The notes beneath the pieces were generated by a model that was given only the letters and a program-made list of their open reading frames with translations, ran no database searches and was not told the DNA's origin. DNA of 64,000 nt. Source: a phage. The stretch is from the NCBI GenBank assembly GCA_012628545.1, contig GCA_012628545.1_3035.1, one strand, 5' to 3'. The translations under genes and the position numbers were made by a program. Positions 61,031 through 64,000 of the stretch are shown here, in pieces; position 1 is the stretch's first letter, and each line of letters begins with the position of its first letter.

Positions 61031-61594
61031 TTACCATTCCAATGCTAGTTTTTTGAGTTGTTTCTGTTCTTTTACGTTCTTAGTCACTTCTTTCAAAAAA
61101 TCATCCGTGACTAAACCTTTTAGTTCTTTTAATACTAAAGGAAGTTTTCCATTTTTAGTAAGAATTGATTTATAGTTAATTGCATCATTTGTATTAACTT
61201 GATACCGCTTAGCAATTAACTTAATAATCAATACTTCGGTGGAATCTTCAACTAGTTTTGCCCATTTACCATATCTTTTACCACGAGGAACTGCAGCCAT
61301 TAGATAATTAAAATGAGCTTCATCACTTAAGCCTGATCCAATTAAATTCATAGCATATACAGCTGGCATGCACTCTGGAAATTGTGATAATGCATTTTCA
61401 ACCATGAATTTTGAATAATCTTTTTGAGCAATAGAGCATTTAGTTTTATTATTAATAGCTCCAATTATTTCAAAAAACTCATTTTCAGCTTTTTCTTTAA
61501 AAGAATCAGCAGCGGATTGGACAGCTGTCCAATCTTTTGAATACCAAGCAACTTGATGCTTGTTTAATTGAATATCATCTTCAAATAAGCTCAT
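61031..61594 (-). CDS. 62: clamp loader small subunit gp62
   Basis: [22 protein letters not shown]...; start at internal Met (187 aa), adjacent to gene 44 stop. Confidence 0.85.
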   Translation of the reverse strand: MSLFEDDIQLNKHQVAWYSKDWTAVQSAADSFKEKAENEFFEIIGAINNKTKCSIAQKDYSKFMVENALSQFPECMPAVYAMNLIGSGLSDEAHFNYLMAAVPRGKRYGKWAKLVEDSTEVLIIKLIAKRYQVNTNDAINYKSILTKNGKLPLVLKELKGLVTDDFLKEVTKNVKEQKQLKKLALEW

Positions 61595-61595
61595 A

Positions 61596-62555
61596 TCACT
61601 TCCACTGCATTTCACATGCTAACTGAATGAAAAGATAAGCTAAATGCAATTCAGTATTAGCTGCAATACCATGATACTGATTATTTTCGCCGACAATTTC
61701 GTACATACGAATAATACTCTGTGGAGTTACACGTGAATAGATTTCTTCGGCAAGTTTACCCACGAACCATGAATAATCGGCTGCATATTTTGGTGCTAAA
61801 GCTCTGAGTTGTTTAACATCTTTATTTTTGAGAGACTCAAGAACATCATCAATAGCACCACGATCGTTAGTAACCAGTGATAAAATACCAGCATCCAAAA
61901 CACCTTTAGACGAATAACTATCGAGCTCGCCAATAGTTTTACGAAAATCAGGAAAATTCTTTTTAACCAAAGCTGCTACAACTTTCATATCAGCTATAGC
62001 AATTCCTTCATGCTTACAGATTTCAGTCAATCGACGAATCATCTGCTTCATCATTTCAATTTTATCTTCATCGGTCGGTTGACCGAATGTGATAACTCGG
62101 CAGCGTGACTGAAGCGGTTTAATAATACCATCAATATTGTTAGCAGTAATAATAATACTACAGTTCGAACTATAAGCTTCCATAAAGGAACGAAGATGTC
62201 GCTGAGACTCTGCTAACCCTGAACGGTCAAATTCATCAATAACGATTACTTTTTGACGACCATCAAATGAAGCTGCACTAGCAAAATTAGTTAAAGGACC
62301 ACGAACGAAATCAATTTTACAATCTGACCCATTCACAAACATCATATCAGCATTTACATCATGACACAATGCTTTTGCTACAGTTGTTTTACCTGTTCCT
62401 GGAGAAGGAGAATGAAGAATAATATGTGGAATCTTACCTTTACTTGTAATAGATTTAAAGGTTTCTTTATCAAAGGCGGGAAGAATACATTCATCGATAG
62501 TAGATGGACGATATTTCTGTTCAAGAATGTGTTCTTTTTCATTTACAGTAATCAT
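61596..62555 (-). CDS. 44: clamp loader large subunit gp44 (AAA+)
   Basis: Walker [11 protein letters not shown], Walker [12 protein letters not shown] motif (QSRCRV); start at MITVNEKEH (319 aa). Confidence 0.9.
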
Positions 62556-62590
62556 AATTTCCTCATTCAAGTTTTAGTGTAAATTATAAA

Positions 62591-62602
62591 GGGCCGAAGC
62601 CC
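62591..62602. other. GC hairpin (GGGCCGAAGCCC) between genes 45 and 44
   Basis: Identical 12-nt hairpin core to 31651 and 31883. Confidence 0.45.
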
Positions 62603-62606
62603 TCTA

Positions 62607-63293
62607 TTAAAAATCGTGGGTAGAATCAGCTTCAAGAGCTACTACATAATTCGCATGTTCACCTTCAAATTTAGCAGCACCTTGTTTACCTTTTGCCCAG
62701 AGCAGAAGTTTATAATTTCCTGGTTGCATTTTCATATTTGCCATATTGATAATGAAATTAAATGTATTTTCACCATCATAATCACCAAGAGTCAAAGAAT
62801 ATTTAACACGGGTCAGAGCAGAATCTTCTACTTTATTAAAACCGTTAATTACGATTTTACCTTCTTTTACCGTGATAGCAATTGTATCAATTTGCAGACC
62901 ACGAGATACACGCAACAGTTGTTGAAGGTCTTCAGCTTTAATTTCAGTAACAATAGATGCTACCGGGAATGGAATTGGTTTATTAGGAGCAACTACTGTA
63001 CTCGGATCGGCTGCTGGCCAAAAAATTGTTGAACGAGCATCAGCAATTTTAATATTACCATCTTCTGACTGGGAAATTTCTGCATCATCATTAACTAGAG
63101 ACAGAATACCGAGAAAACCGTTCAAATCGTAAATTGCTACATCAAAATCAATAACGTCAGAAATATTTGCTTCCGCATAAGTTGTACCATTAACTGCGCG
63201 AGTCATAATAAATTGACCGGATTTAAGCATAATTCCAGAGTTAATAGTAGCGAAATTTTTCAAAATATTCAGTGTATCTTTAGACAGTTTCAT
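62607..63293 (-). CDS. 45: sliding clamp gp45
   Basis: 228 aa MKLSKDTLNILKNFATINSGIMLKSGQFIMTRAV... Confidence 0.9.
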   Translation of the reverse strand: MKLSKDTLNILKNFATINSGIMLKSGQFIMTRAVNGTTYAEANISDVIDFDVAIYDLNGFLGILSLVNDDAEISQSEDGNIKIADARSTIFWPAADPSTVVAPNKPIPFPVASIVTEIKAEDLQQLLRVSRGLQIDTIAITVKEGKIVINGFNKVEDSALTRVKYSLTLGDYDGENTFNFIINMANMKMQPGNYKLLLWAKGKQGAAKFEGEHANYVVALEADSTHDF

Positions 63294-63348
63294 GTAATTT
63301 CCTTCAATTCAAATGAGATTTAATTTTATAACTAATTTAATAAAGCAA

Positions 63349-63738
63349 TTAACGATTAAAATCAGCAGCAATTGTTTCCGCAACAATTTGAGCAGCAACA
63401 ATTAGACGTTCATCTGCATTACCGCAATAATCATCTTCAAGGCGTTCACCACATGAAGTCATAATAAATTTAGCACCAGCGTTTAGGGATTCTGTAGTAT
63501 GTTTGCGCATTAGTTCAATCCATTTATTACTTACTTCACGATCGATAGCTTCATAATACGCATGACGAGCAGGTGCAGATTTAATTTTGTTCTGAATAAC
63601 TTCCATTGCGTTATCAGAAAGAGACAAAACCCATGCTCGACGAATTTTATTTTGGTTTTGTGGATTTGATTCAGAACGCACGTGTTTTGGCTGAATATCT
63701 TTTACATCAACAGTATAATTCACAGTAATTTTAGTCAT
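63349..63738 (-). CDS. rpbA: RpbA RNA-polymerase-binding protein
   Basis: 129 aa ORF immediately upstream of gene 45, same size and position as T4 RpbA. Confidence 0.65.
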
Positions 63739-63747
63739 AATACACCT

Positions 63748-63936
63748 TTAGTCATAATAATCAGTAACAGTCCAAGCTTCATTTCTATTGGACATTATTT
63801 TTGTATATTCTGCTTTAAATGCATTCCTAAGCATAGATTCAGTAACTATATGCTCTTCATTAGAAAAATTATTTCTCAGAATATATCGTTTTATTTCAGG
63901 AAAAGTTAATAGATGCTGTCCAGTTGAATATTCCAT
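63748..63936 (-). CDS. hypothetical protein, 62 aa (45.2 position)
   Basis: ORF track; position between gene 46 end and rpbA. Confidence 0.4.
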   Translation of the reverse strand: MEYSTGQHLLTFPEIKRYILRNNFSNEEHIVTESMLRNAFKAEYTKIMSNRNEAWTVTDYYD

Positions 63937-64000
63937 GTTTTTCCTCCATAGAGATTATACTCTAATAAATTAAAGCATAATCTCTTATAAATTAAACCAT

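Overview
This window reads as a contiguous ~64 kb segment of a T4-like (T-even, Tequatrovirus-type) myophage genome; I found no obviously novel multi-gene system, only local deviations from the T4 layout. All calls are from reading the six-frame translations and the DNA by eye against remembered T4 proteins and gene order; no database search was run. Gene order is collinear with T4: a minus-strand early/middle block (alc, rnlA, denA, nrdB, nrdA, td, frd, 32, 59, 33, dsbA, rnh), the plus-strand late tail-fibre block (34, 35, 36, 37, 38, holin t), then a long minus-strand block (asiA, arn, motA, 52, ac, stp, ndd, denB, rIIB, rIIA, 39, dexA, dda, modA, modB, soc, 56, 61, sp, dmd, 41, 40, uvsX, a glycosyltransferase, 42, imm, 43, regA, 62, 44, 45, rpbA). 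No tRNA, rRNA, CRISPR array, integrase or transposase was seen. Regulatory signals include a family of near-identical sigma70-type early promoter cassettes, TATAAATA late promoters, UUCG/GNRA-type hairpin terminators, and the gene 32 and gene 43 translational operators. The deviations from T4 worth a second look are: an extra ORF inserted between frd and td, a GT-A-like glycosyltransferase where T4 has beta-gt, an uninterrupted (bypass-free) topoisomerase gene 39, absence of introns and homing-endonuclease genes, a longer repeat-rich gp37 tip, and several paralogous or very small membrane-peptide ORFs.
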